64,000 bases of DNA from Mantamonas sphyraenae STR306. Its lineage: Eukaryota; Protista; CRuMs. Below the pieces are notes generated by a model. That model did not search any database. It saw nothing but the letters and a program-made list of their open reading frames with translations, and was not told where the DNA came from. The first letter of the stretch is position 1. Each line of letters starts with the position of its first letter. Made by a program: the position numbers and the translations under genes. The stretch is from contig JAPMXV010000040.1 in NCBI GenBank assembly GCA_026936335.1, forward strand, positions 124,001-188,000, given 5' to 3'. Positions 51,545-62,810 of this stretch are shown here, piece by piece.

Positions 51545-54500
51545 ATGAGCAGCCGCGAGGAGAATGGACCACAGTACGAGACTCTGTTGGTGGTGGAGGA
51601 CAGCAAAGATGGCGGAGACACCCAACAGGGAATCGAGGTCAACTTTGGGCGAGTGCAAGGCGGGCTGAGATACCACGACGCGACGCCCAAAACGCCTGCG
51701 TTCCCAGCGGCCACGTATGTGCCGACGTCGACGTCGTCTCTGGACGAGCCACACGCACAGTCGAACGCCAAGGTGGACACACACGCAGCGTCGGCATCGC
51801 CGCTGTTTTCCACAATGCTGGTGAAGCCTGTGTTTAACGACATGTTTGGCACGTTGCTGCCTGCAGCGCCGCCGCCGCCGGAGGACACGCTGAGCGATGA
51901 GGAGAAGCGGCGACTTGAAGGACAACGGCTGCAGGCGGCAGCGGATGCAGAGCGCAAAGCACAGCAGGAACGGGCGGCAGCAGCAGCCGCAGCAGCCGAG
52001 GCCAAAGCCAAGTCGCCTCGGCACAGGTCGCGACGTGGGACAAAGACAAGTCTGGCATCGCCATCAGGCGGTTCAGGGAACAGCGGTGGAAGCACGGGAG
52101 GAAGCGTGGGATCGCCGAGTGGTAACCGGACGGCACGGGGCAGCAAGAGCGGCAAATCCAAGAAGAGCGCGAAGGAACGGGCCGCGGAAGAGGCGAAAGT
52201 GGCTCAGGAGGAAGAGGAGGCACGTGCAAAGGCAGAGGCAGAGGAGCGGGTGCGTGAAGAGGAAGCCAGGAAGCAAGCAGCACTGCTAATTGTGCCAGGT
52301 AAGTTGCAGAGGGTGGCGGGAAAGCGCGGCGGTCGTGTGCAACGGTCGCCCAGTGCAACAAAGAGCGGCTGGCTAACACACAGCGGGGATGGAATGGACC
52401 AATTGGGGACGCACACGGACATACAGCACATGTGGCAGAGACACGTGCGGCGAAGGAGTCAACCAAGGCTCTGGAAAAGATCGTGGCGTGGCTGGAGGGG
52501 CAGATTGCGGCGAGCGAGGAAGCGCAGGCGTCGCTGCAAGAGGCAGTGGACAAGGCTGTTCGGCTGGACCAACAACAGCGAGCGCGCATGAAGTCACGCA
52601 TCACAGGGTTGCCGCTGGGCAAATCGAACCTGGTGCTGGACGATGCGTTTGTGGCGAAACACGGCCTGATCCAACTGCCGCAGAACAGGTTTGCAAAGGA
52701 CAGGCCACAGAGCCCTGCGGGAGAAGTGACGAGTCCGCCGCCAATCAGTGTGCGTAGCACGGTTGCGGCGCAGGCGAATCTGCGTGCGGCAACAGAGAAG
52801 CTGGACAGGCTGGGCATCGACCCAACGGTTCACTTTACGCGCAAGCGGCTGGACACGATTTCGAACCGCGAGGCAACATTGCGGATGTCCAAGAAGAAGC
52901 CGTGGCTAAAGACGATGACGGACAAGCAGCGGGACGAAGAGCAGCAGGTGTGGTCGAGGATGCAGGAGAAGAACAAGTTTCTGTTGACGTCGCGGCACAA
53001 CCAAAGCTTGAACAAGACAACGCGGACGTTGGCCAAAAAGGCGACGGCGCGTGCAGACATGTCGTTTCTGGCAGAGCCGTCGCACATTGAATTTGTGGAT
53101 TTTGAACCGGGGTTGACGTACACGGCGACGGTGACGTTCCGCAACGTGTCTGCAGTGTCACAAAGCCTGCGTGTGTTGCCACCTAGCACAGAGCTGGCGA
53201 CACTGGAGGCTGTGGAGGGCGGGAAGCAGGGAGCCAACGGTGTGGTTGCGCCTGGCTTGACGCGAGCGTTCAGGGTGCACTTTCTGCCGATGGACGGGCA
53301 GGACTTTGTGGACGAGCTGCAGGTGGTGACGGAGACAAACCAGTTCTCGGTGCCAATCCGAGCGAGGCGAACGCCGCCGCAGTTGACTCTCCCTGCGGTG
53401 ATGGACGCAGGGTCTGTGTTGCCGTTTGGAGTGCGGCAAACCCAGTTTGCGTGCAGCAACACAGGCGGGCCGGGCTGGTTTGCATTTGCGCCTGCCTTGC
53501 AAGTCCCAGAAGACATCACGTCGCTGTTTGGAGGCGTGAAGGGAGAGGAGTACCTTCGCCTGACGCCGTTCTACCTTCATCCGCGGATGTTCCATCTGGA
53601 GACGGGCCAGACGCAGACGGTGACGGTTGCGTTCAACCCGGACGCGCAGCAAGAAAGTGTGTCGTCGTTTGACGTGGCGCTTGTGTGCGACAACGGTCAC
53701 GTGGCGACACACACGCTGGTGGGAAACGTGTGCCAGCCGCGGGTGCGGATCACACAGCTGGACCGCAACGCAAGCGTCGACATGGACAACCAGCCGCAAG
53801 GGATGCGGTTTGAAGAGATGACGGTGAAGGCGACCAACAGCAAGACCGTGTCTGTGCGGTCGGACTCTGCCATTCCGCTGTTTGTGCATTGGGAGCTGGG
53901 GCAGGAGATCGAGAAGGAATTTGTGATCGAACCGCAGCGTATCTCGCTGCAGCCGTTTTCGACGGTGCAGTTTGAGGTGACGTTTACGCCGCAGCAAGCA
54001 CGGGAGTCGATTGTGTGCGAGGCAACACTTGTGTTGGAAGATGTGCCGACGAAGCACAACATGATGCATCTGGGAGGAAGCAGCGGTGCGGGCGGGATGG
54101 CAACGTCAGAGTATGCGCTGTTGTCGCTGGATCTTCTTGGCAGTGCGCGTGCGTTGGAGGTGGAGTTGGATCCGCCTGCGCTGCTGTACGCAGGGCAGGT
54201 TCTAGTGGGCGAACGACACACGCGGACGATTCGGATTCACAATCGGGGAGACACGAGGCTGGAGTATGTGTTTCCTCGTCTGCAGGACGACCACTGTTTG
54301 CTGAATGTGACACCGAGCGCGGGCACGCTTGCGCCCGGAGGGAGCGCGTCAGGCAAGCTGCTGATGGTTGCGTACGCGGCAGGCATGCTGCAGAGTGCGC
54401 TTGTGTGCAAACTAAGTGTGGATGGGGTGGAGGAGGAACGTGTGGTGGCAGTGCGTGCAAACGTGCGGGGTGGGCGTGTTGTGTTTGATGTGCCGTGCAT

Positions 54501-56629
54501 CGACCTGGGCCTTGTGCAAGCGGGCGAGCCCGTTCAGGTGGAGGTGCCCTTGCGTAACACCAGTGGCGTGACCGTGCAATGGCAGCTTGCGGACGCCGCG
54601 CGAGCGGCGGCGGCGGCGGGGACGGCGGTGCAAGCAGGGCGGCCTGCGTCACGACGACGTTGGCGAAGCCAGAGACCCGACAGTGAGACTCAATTGGACA
54701 ACGTGGAATTTGATCCGGCGATGGGTGTGATGGAGGCGTACGGACAGGAGACGGTGGAGCTGACATTCCGAAGCAACAAGGTGGGGCGTGTACGCGAGGT
54801 GCTTGCATGCGTGGTTGGCAACGGGGGCGAAACGGAGTACATCGAATTGCGTGCGACGGTGGCACACCCGCGTGTGGCGCTGTCGCAGAGCTTTGTGGAG
54901 CTCGGGCAAACGTTCCACGGAGTCACGACGTTGGCCAAGTTTCGCATGCGCAACATGACGAAGCTGCCTGCGACGTTCCAGTGGGGTGATGAGACGGACA
55001 GGGACGACGTACAGGCCACGTTTGTGCCATTCCAGGGCACGCTGCAGCCGTTGCAGGAGATCAACGTGACCGCACGTGTGCGTCCTCTGCGTGTGGGCAC
55101 GCTGAAGCCGCTTTTCGTGTGCCATGTGCAAGGGATGCAAATGCCACTGGGGTTGGCAATGAGCACAGAGGCTGGAGGGCTGGACGTGCGATTTGACACG
55201 ATGGCGTTGGACTTTGGAGCGGATGTGCCAATCTTTGAGACGCACACACGTGTGCTGAGAGTGACGAACCACAGTGCGATCGCAACGAAGCTCGAGTTTG
55301 ACGCAGAGACGTTTGGCGAGGAGAGCGGAGGCAAACGCGTCGAGGCGGAACAAGGAGGTGGGGAGGCACTGACGCCGCGCAGCGGAGCGACGGGATTCAC
55401 GTTTGCATCTGCCACGACGACGAGCTCGTCTAGCAGTGGGACAAGCAGCGCCTCGGGGAACAGCATGTCGATTGCGTCGCAGCGGCAAGAAAAGACGCGT
55501 ATCAAGAAGCTTGTGGCAAAGGGCAAGGGGTTGGTGGTTCGAGTGGAACCAAAGACGCTGTCGCTGGGCAAGGGGGAATCGGCCGAGGTGGAGGTGAGTG
55601 TGCTGGCAGACATGTACGGCCAATACCGTGAACGCATTGTGTGCCATGTGGAAGGCCAGGATGAGCCGAGCGTGGTGGAGATGCAGGTGGGGGTTGTGGG
55701 GTCGCCGTTGACGTTTGTGCACGGGACGACGGGTCTTTCGGTGACGCAAGCGGTGCCGTTGCTGCAATGGGGCACGATTGTGCACACGGACGACCTTTGC
55801 AAGCCGCTGAAGGTGGAGAACCACAGCGGATTCGATCTGAACGTGTCGCTTGCGGCGTTCAACATGCCGTACGGACGACCTACGCTTGTGGACCTGCACA
55901 TGGACGTGGATGAAGATGGACACGTGGGAGTGCGTGTGGAAGAGCACGTGGAAACGGCAGACGACCATCCATACTGGATCGAGCCAACAAGCAAGGTTGT
56001 GCGCGCACGAGATGCAGCGACATTTGACGTGCATTTCGCAGGCGATGGAGACCAGTTCCACAGGGCGTACGTGAAGGCATTTACGTCTCTGGTGCGCAAG
56101 CATCCGTGTGCGGTGGTGCAGGGTCACAATGCAAAGCCCGAGCTGCGCCTGGACATGGTGGCACGTACGGTGGTGCCTCGGGTGAGCTTTGGCCGCAGTG
56201 CAGCACGGTTCGAGGTGGCGACGAGCGACGTGGCACGTGGAGCGGAAAAGACGGTGACTCTGACGAGCCAGGTGGACGCACAGCTTGGGTTTAGGCTGCG
56301 TGTGCCAGATGACTTTGAGTCGGACGTGGACGAGATGCGGCTGTACTCTCTGCGTCCTCACCAGAGTATGGATGTGGTACTGAGGTATGTGCCGCCACAG
56401 GCACGCTGGGAGCACGACCACAAGAGTGTGAGCCACCTGGGGGTGGAGTACACAAGTGGACACACACAGCACCTGAATGTGATTGTGAATGTGGTGCACC
56501 CTCACGTGGAGTTTGACAGGGAGAGGGTGAGCTTTGGGACGGTGCACGTGGACGCAACGAATGTGAAACGACACGTGGAGCTGACCAACAAGACGACCGC
56601 ACCTGCGAATTGGCGCATCGAACGGGTGT

Positions 56630-56660
<31 letters not shown>

Positions 56661-56898
56661 CGACGACGAAGGGGTGGTTCGGTTTATGCCGAGCAGTGGA
56701 TGGCTGGAGGGAGTGGAGAGCGGACGCAAGGCTGCGCCTCTGCACGTGGACGTGTTGTTCCATCCGCGCAAGGGACGTACGTACAGGCAGAGGTTCCGCG
56801 TGGTTGTGCAGCATGCCATGCTGAGCGACACGTGGAGCTATGTAGAAGTGTCGGGCACGGGAAGCCTTGAGGAGGAGCTTGCTGTTGTTGTTGTGTGA
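51545..56898 (+). CDS. DLEC1: DLEC1/FAP81-like ciliary protein with tandem ASH/Ig-like domains (intron 52299-52426)
   Basis: FLAEPSHIEFVDFEPG...LRVLPPST...GVVAPG...PIRARRTPPQLTLP matches the DLEC1 N-terminal ASH region. Confidence 0.8.
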
Positions 56899-56915
56899 GG
56901 GTTGAGGACGAGGAA

Positions 56916-58070
56916 TCAGGCGGTGGTGTTTTGCAGAAGTGTGGAGCCACCCTGGAGGTTGACGACAATGAAGAACAGTGAGAACATGAGGGAGCCAAGT
57001 TTGACGAGAAGGTCGGAGGTGATGTTCGTGCCGCCCATGCGCAGAGCTGTGGAGCGTTCGCGCATGGCGGTGAGAACCATGTTGATGTCTGCTGCGGAAG
57101 CATCGTCGTCATGGACGTCCAGGTCGGCAAGTTGAGCAAGGCGTTGACGCATGCGCTCGCCGTGTGTGTGGAGTGAAGTGGCAAAGGCGATGACGGGCGC
57201 AATGCCACCGAGGTTCTGGAGGAGCCAGAACATCTCGCCAAAGGAAACAACGGAGGGACCGCCGAGTTGGAGGAGACGCCTGCTGAGAAGGATGATGACG
57301 GCCATGATCTGGACGCCCGAAGCGAGAGCGAGGTAGGTGTCGAGGGTGTCGTTGACCCAGGTGAGCTGGGAGACGAAGGCACGGTGGTCGGTGTTCAATT
57401 GGTGAAGGTCTTTGGATTGGATGTGTGTCCAATTGCGGACGCGTTGATGGAGGCGCTTGGCGCAGGCGTGGAGCGCAAACATGATCTGCCAGACGCCCAC
57501 ATACGGAAGGAGCCAGAAGAAGTTGTTTGGAGCAGCGATGATTTGTTCAACGATGCGGAGGCCCATGAGGTTTGCGATGGGGTAGGCCATGGAGGGCTCC
57601 GAGGAGAGGTGGACGTCCATTGAGACGGCGGTGTTTGCCACGGAGAGAGCGAGGAGGCTGCAGAGGATCCAGGCAGTCCAGCGTTCGACATCCGCACGTC
57701 CTCGGCGTACCATGCGCAGGAGGACGAGAAGGTGCTCGACAAGGGCACGGACCCAGTGGGGGGGAAGGGAGTAAAAGAAGAGCTGGCTTGTGACGGTGGA
57801 CGACGTGTTCCAGAGACAATTGATGAGCAGGAAGAATTGTTCGTTGCGTGGGACGTCGCCGTGGAAAAGGGCGACCCACAGGCGAATGTTGTGGGCCCAG
57901 AGGAGGGCAAAGTAGGAGACGATCAGGACGCGAACAAGTGTGGGCTCTCTGCCAGAGCGCTGCTGGAGAAAGAGGGACATGGTGCGGTCGTAGCGCTTCT
58001 CCCAAGCGTTTGGTGGGTGGGGAGGGTCGTCATCTTTGTCGTCAGCAGGTGAGAGGAGGGCCTGCTGCAT
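56916..58070 (-). CDS. Gustatory-receptor-like 7TM ion channel (GRL/7TMIC)
   Basis: About seven TM segments, long helix before TM5, C-terminal ALRMGGTNITSDLLVKLGSLMFSLFFIVVNLQ resembling the GR TM7 region. Confidence 0.65.
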   Translation of the reverse strand: MQQALLSPADDKDDDPPHPPNAWEKRYDRTMSLFLQQRSGREPTLVRVLIVSYFALLWAHNIRLWVALFHGDVPRNEQFFLLINCLWNTSSTVTSQLFFYSLPPHWVRALVEHLLVLLRMVRRGRADVERWTAWILCSLLALSVANTAVSMDVHLSSEPSMAYPIANLMGLRIVEQIIAAPNNFFWLLPYVGVWQIMFALHACAKRLHQRVRNWTHIQSKDLHQLNTDHRAFVSQLTWVNDTLDTYLALASGVQIMAVIILLSRRLLQLGGPSVVSFGEMFWLLQNLGGIAPVIAFATSLHTHGERMRQRLAQLADLDVHDDDASAADINMVLTAMRERSTALRMGGTNITSDLLVKLGSLMFSLFFIVVNLQGGSTLLQNTTA

Positions 58071-58127
58071 GGTGTGGGAGTGTTTTGTTTGCGAACGCGG
58101 CGGCAATCACATTGCTGGAAGGCCAGG

Positions 58128-61100
58128 ATGTCGGGCCACAGGATGTCGCATGCACAACCATTCTCGATGCAACATCATTTTCACCGGATGGAACAGGAGA
58201 ACAAGCTGCTGGAGTATCGCATCCTGGAGCTGCGGAGAAGTGGACAGGAGGCGGAGGAGACGAGCGGAGCGCAACGGAAAGAATTGCAGGGTGCAAGGAC
58301 ACGGATCAGGCAGCTTGAGGAGCAGGTGGCAAGTTTGCAGGGAAAGGTGGAGCAGCTGGACACTCGGGCGCGGTCTGGAGAGGAGGTGGAAACTCTGGTG
58401 CGGGAAAACACACTTCTGCAGGAGCTGCTATCGATACCCGAGCAGCAGCTGGGGGAAGAGGAACTGGGGGGGCTGGTGGGCCAGTTGGTGGAGGAAGAGC
58501 AGAAGCGAGAGGAGGGGGGAAGCGCGGGGGTGGAGTGCGTGCGATGTGAGGAGCTGAGGTTACGTTGCCAACGGGTGGAGGCGGCGCTGGTGGCGAGCAA
58601 CCAGTGGCGGGAACGGTACCGAACACAGGTGAAGGAAGAGTTGGAGCGACGAAAGCACGACGTGGGTCAGCTGGAGAGCCAGGTGAGGGCGAAAGAGGAA
58701 CAGCTGGAGAGAGCGTTGGAGGAGCTTGACAACTTGCGCGAAGGGCCAGGGGAAGAACGGCGGCGGAGCCAGGAAAGTGAAGGGGAGGCAAGTGAGAGAG
58801 AGACGGAGGATGCAGGATTGTCCAACAGCAGCACAGACGCAAGCAAGGCGCTGCGTACGCTGAATCGTCGGCTGCAGAGTGAACTGGCGCGGGAGAGGCT
58901 AGAAAACAAGCGGCTGGCGCGTCGTTTGAGCAAGGCCGGGCTGCCTGCGCGCAGGCACAGCGAAAACGGAAGAGAGAGCGAGGCAGAGACGGAAGGGACA
59001 GGAAAGAATGGTACAGGGGCACAGGTGGAGAGCAAGGACGAGAGCACGGCGAGTGGAAAAGAGGCGGAGGAGGAAGAGGGGACAGGGAGCAAAACGGAGG
59101 TGGCCCTGCACCGGTCGGCATCATTGGACGTTGGGTCTCACGATGTATCCAAGGCGCAGGCGGCAAAAGTGGCGTACAGGAACAAGCGGATGGAGCAGAC
59201 GCAGTCGCGGAAGTATGCAGCGGACCTGTGGTCGATGTTTGAAAGGGAAGGATTCATGGACGAGAAGCTGTTGGGTCTGGCGAGTGGATCTGCAAAAAGG
59301 TCGTCGACAGCAATTGAGGCAATTGCACGGAGCATGTCGTCTCGGGATTACAGCAGTGGGAGCAGCGGTGGGAGCAGCAGCAGCAGGAGCGGAGGCGGCC
59401 ATTCGCTGCGAAAACTGGCGTCGGGAAACGCGATGAAGGAAGCATCGGGAAGCAAGAGCACAGGGCGTGTGCGACGCAACACGTTGACAAACAGACTGCG
59501 CACAGCAAGTGTGGCGTCGCATTCGGAAGACATCCGGCGGTTGAGCATCCGGACGTTTTCGGCAGCGATGGTGCGGCAGCAGATGGAACGGGATCAGTCA
59601 CGGAGGCGTGGAGGAAGTGTGGACTCGGATGGATCGGGAGATGAGAGCGAAGATGAAGAGGAGGAGGAGGAAGGAGATGTGGAGGGCGGGAGCAAGGAAG
59701 GAGCGTCGGACAACAGGGCAAGCAGCGTGATTGTGCGCGTGAACCGGAAAACGGGTGTGCGACACGTGGTTGCTGGGTCGTTTAGACGACTTGTGAACGA
59801 GCTGGTGAACCCAAAGGTGTCGAATCCGGAGTTTCTGTTTGCGTTTCTCCTGTCGTTCCGGCAGTTTTGCACGAGCATGGAGTTGCTGGTGGCGCTGCGT
59901 GAGCAGTTTGTGGGGCTGGAGGAGGAGGACGAGTATGAGAGCGACGAGGGGACACGAAACAACAGCAAGGGTGCGCAGATGGCCTTTGAGGCAAAGGTGG
60001 TGATGCCGCGGAGGCTGCGCGTGGTAAATGTGCTGAAAACATGGATCCAAGACCACTTTCAGGACTTTTACGACGATGAGGAGCTGATGCAGGCGTTTTA
60101 CGACTTTACGGACACGACGATGTTCAAGCTGGGGATGGAAAAGCCGGCGGAGCTGCTGCAGCGAGTGATGCAACGGAGCATGGCGGAAGCGGCGATGCGT
60201 CAGGAAGAGGATCAGGCGTACTCGTGGGCAGGGAACATTCTGGACGTGTCAAGATCGCTGTCGGGAGGGAGCGCGGGACAGGCGGCGAGTGTGGCGCAGA
60301 GACAGCACAGCAAATCTGTGTCTGGGACGCTGGACATCTCGTCGTCGATGGTTGTGACGAAACCAAGGAGCGGAACAAACATGCGGACGACACTGCGTGT
60401 GTTGACGGGCAAAGACCGTCCGCTGCCACACCTTACGTTTCGAAGACGGAAGGCGCCGAGCCACGTGCTGGAGATCCACGCGGAGGAGCTTGCGAGGCAA
60501 CTGACGCTGATTGAACACATGATGTTTGTGCGCATCCGTACGACCGAGTTTGTGAACACCAACTGGACGAGCGAGCAAGCGTCGTCTGAGGCGCCGCACA
60601 TCATGGCGATGATCAAGCAGTTTAACATAGTGACGCAGTGGGTGGCAACGACCGTGGTGTTGGAGGAGTCACTGAAGCGGCGGACGTCTGTGCTGGGCCA
60701 CTTTATCAAGGTGGCCGGGTACGCGTACAGGATGCGGAATTTCAACACGACGATGGAGATCATTGCCGGGCTGCTTATTTCGCCTGTGTGGCGGCTGGAA
60801 AAGACGTGGGAGAACCTGGGCGACGATCTGCAGCGAGAGTTTGACCAGCTGAGTGCGCTTACGTCGCCGATGAAGGATCACAAGCTGCTGCGGGATGAGA
60901 TGAATGTGGCGGTGACGCCGTGCATTCTGTTTATCGGCTTGCTTCTGGGAGACATTATGAATGTGGATGGGATGGATGCGACGACGAGCGAGGGGCTGAT
61001 CCACTTTGACCGATACTTCCGGAGTGCGATGCTGGTTCGGGATCTGAAGCAGAGCCAGTACGGGGAGTACGATTTGGAGCCCGTACCGGAGATTCTGGAG

Positions 61101-61184
61101 TGGTTGCGGAACGTGGTGGTGGTGAATGATGCCGAACTGAGCAGCGCGAGCGAGCAGCGTGTGATGGAGGAGGGATTTGGGTGA
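58128..61184 (+). CDS. Ras guanine-nucleotide exchange factor (coiled coil + REM + CDC25)
   Basis: FLLSFRQFCTS, RVVNVLKTWI..HFQDF, ELARQLTLIE, FNIVTQWVAT, NFNTTMEIIAGL, RLEKTW; start codon uncertain. Confidence 0.92.
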   Translation: MSGHRMSHAQPFSMQHHFHRMEQENKLLEYRILELRRSGQEAEETSGAQRKELQGARTRIRQLEEQVASLQGKVEQLDTRARSGEEVETLVRENTLLQELLSIPEQQLGEEELGGLVGQLVEEEQKREEGGSAGVECVRCEELRLRCQRVEAALVASNQWRERYRTQVKEELERRKHDVGQLESQVRAKEEQLERALEELDNLREGPGEERRRSQESEGEASERETEDAGLSNSSTDASKALRTLNRRLQSELARERLENKRLARRLSKAGLPARRHSENGRESEAETEGTGKNGTGAQVESKDESTASGKEAEEEEGTGSKTEVALHRSASLDVGSHDVSKAQAAKVAYRNKRMEQTQSRKYAADLWSMFEREGFMDEKLLGLASGSAKRSSTAIEAIARSMSSRDYSSGSSGGSSSSRSGGGHSLRKLASGNAMKEASGSKSTGRVRRNTLTNRLRTASVASHSEDIRRLSIRTFSAAMVRQQMERDQSRRRGGSVDSDGSGDESEDEEEEEEGDVEGGSKEGASDNRASSVIVRVNRKTGVRHVVAGSFRRLVNELVNPKVSNPEFLFAFLLSFRQFCTSMELLVALREQFVGLEEEDEYESDEGTRNNSKGAQMAFEAKVVMPRRLRVVNVLKTWIQDHFQDFYDDEELMQAFYDFTDTTMFKLGMEKPAELLQRVMQRSMAEAAMRQEEDQAYSWAGNILDVSRSLSGGSAGQAASVAQRQHSKSVSGTLDISSSMVVTKPRSGTNMRTTLRVLTGKDRPLPHLTFRRRKAPSHVLEIHAEELARQLTLIEHMMFVRIRTTEFVNTNWTSEQASSEAPHIMAMIKQFNIVTQWVATTVVLEESLKRRTSVLGHFIKVAGYAYRMRNFNTTMEIIAGLLISPVWRLEKTWENLGDDLQREFDQLSALTSPMKDHKLLRDEMNVAVTPCILFIGLLLGDIMNVDGMDATTSEGLIHFDRYFRSAMLVRDLKQSQYGEYDLEPVPEILEWLRNVVVVNDAELSSASEQRVMEEGFG

Positions 61185-61193
61185 GGGTGTGGT

Positions 61194-62414
61194 TCATTGC
61201 GCACCATCCATGCGGACAGCAAGGGAGACGGGGGACGAGGAGGCACCCAGCGAATAGATAGAGATGTGGTTGTCGCCAGAGATGGAGTAGGTGTGTGCAG
61301 TTTGGTCCCAGGCAGCTGGGGCGTCGTCGAAGCCCCAGAAGGAGAGGATGGCGGCACATTGTGTTTGTTGGACGAGGGAGTCGAGCATGTCGAGCCATTG
61401 AAGGGTGTGATCGCGTGTAAGGAAGCCTGTGAGTGAAACGAGGATGCCGTTGGAGGTGGTGGTGATGGTTGTGGTGGAAGATGAGAGAGCGGGTTGGACA
61501 AAGGCTCGGTGCTCGTCAGAGAGGTCGAGGGCACGGGAGGACGGGAGCGGGGTGGTGGACGACTCATGGAGAGGCTCGGGTTCAAAGTCGAGGAGGCGGC
61601 AATGGAGGCTGCCTGTCCATTGGAGGAGTTCAGTGAGGGGTGTTTGATCTTGGACGCCGAGGGTGGAGGAGTGCTTGGCCTGGACATGGGAGAGCAGTTC
61701 AGCAGCCCATTCAGCGTCGGTGAGATCCGGGGTGGGCTGGAGGGAGGCAAGAAAGGCAGCGTGGACGTCGTTGGCACAGAGGGTTGCCGAGTCGGCAAAG
61801 GAGGACGGGAGGTCGACAGGGGAGAGGTTGCCGTCTGTGTCGAGCCAGGCAAGAAGGACAGAGAGGTTGGGCTGGACAAAGCGGTCTGTGAGACACCAGT
61901 GGACACGGTCGTAGGTGGGCTTGCCGGGCTGGAAGGCGTCTGCACGCAGGTCGACGGCGACGTGGTAGCGCTCCGGGGTATCGTGCTTGCGCAGAAGGTC
62001 GCTGTTGCAGAGCTCGCCAGAGAGGCCGAGGAGTTCATAGGAGTCTTTGTCGAGGCTGAGGACGAGGACGCCGTCGGGAGTGATGCAGAGGCTGTTGCAG
62101 GAATCGAGGGGCGCGGGATGGAGAAGGAGCGAGAGAGAGCCTGTGTGGATGTAGGTGCGGACAAAGTCGATGTGGAGAAGGTCTACGATGGGACCGGTGG
62201 CATATTGATAGTGGCGGTGAGCATCAAGGGCATCCCAGTCGGCGAGGAGAGAGCGGGCAGTGTCGAGGTCGCCGCCTGTAAGGAAGAGCTCTGCGCGATG
62301 GGTGAATGTGTGGGAGGCGACGAGATCACGAGGCTTGGCAAAGGATTCGTGGTCGTCGGAGCCCCAGAGGTGGATGTGGGCCTTTGGAGAGGAGCCTTGT
62401 TGGAGCCACGCCAT
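61194..62414 (-). CDS. RPP40: Ribonuclease P/MRP 40 kDa subunit
   Basis: GVLVLSLDKDSYELLGLSG, VAVDL..FQPGKPTYDRVHWCL, SFWGFDDAPAAW. Confidence 0.8.
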   Translation of the reverse strand: MAWLQQGSSPKAHIHLWGSDDHESFAKPRDLVASHTFTHRAELFLTGGDLDTARSLLADWDALDAHRHYQYATGPIVDLLHIDFVRTYIHTGSLSLLLHPAPLDSCNSLCITPDGVLVLSLDKDSYELLGLSGELCNSDLLRKHDTPERYHVAVDLRADAFQPGKPTYDRVHWCLTDRFVQPNLSVLLAWLDTDGNLSPVDLPSSFADSATLCANDVHAAFLASLQPTPDLTDAEWAAELLSHVQAKHSSTLGVQDQTPLTELLQWTGSLHCRLLDFEPEPLHESSTTPLPSSRALDLSDEHRAFVQPALSSSTTTITTTSNGILVSLTGFLTRDHTLQWLDMLDSLVQQTQCAAILSFWGFDDAPAAWDQTAHTYSISGDNHISIYSLGASSSPVSLAVRMDGAQ

Positions 62415-62446
62415 GGTTGCGGTGGCGGGACCAGTGCGTTGCGAAC

Positions 62447-62794
62447 ATGAGCGAGGAGGAATGGAGCGTGCAGTATGCGCCGTACTTTAACTTTATGGGC
62501 CCGCTGCTGGAGCTGCTGGAGCAGGTGAAGGACGGGGAGGGGAAGGATGCGCTCAAGGTTGGACGTGCGACACAAGAGCTGAACGAGGCGATTGAGCGGG
62601 CGATTGAGATGGTGCAGGCGATGCCTGGGATTGAAATGAGTGTGGAAGAGCAGAAGGAGGCGTACGCGGCTTTGGAGAAGCGGATTGCGGACAAGGAGGC
62701 GTTGGTGGCGGGAGTCCAGGCAAAGTTGGAGGCGTTTGCAGAGGGTGAGGAGAGGACGGCGGGTGTGAAGAGGGAGGAGGAGGGGAAAGAGTGA
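62447..62794 (+). CDS. MED9: Mediator subunit 9-like
   Basis: FMGPLLELL...VQAMPGIEMSVEEQ...LEKRIADK matches the Med9 MPGI.xS.EeQ motif. Confidence 0.7.
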   Translation: MSEEEWSVQYAPYFNFMGPLLELLEQVKDGEGKDALKVGRATQELNEAIERAIEMVQAMPGIEMSVEEQKEAYAALEKRIADKEALVAGVQAKLEAFAEGEERTAGVKREEEGKE

Positions 62795-62810
62795 GGGGAA
62801 AGAGTGAGGA

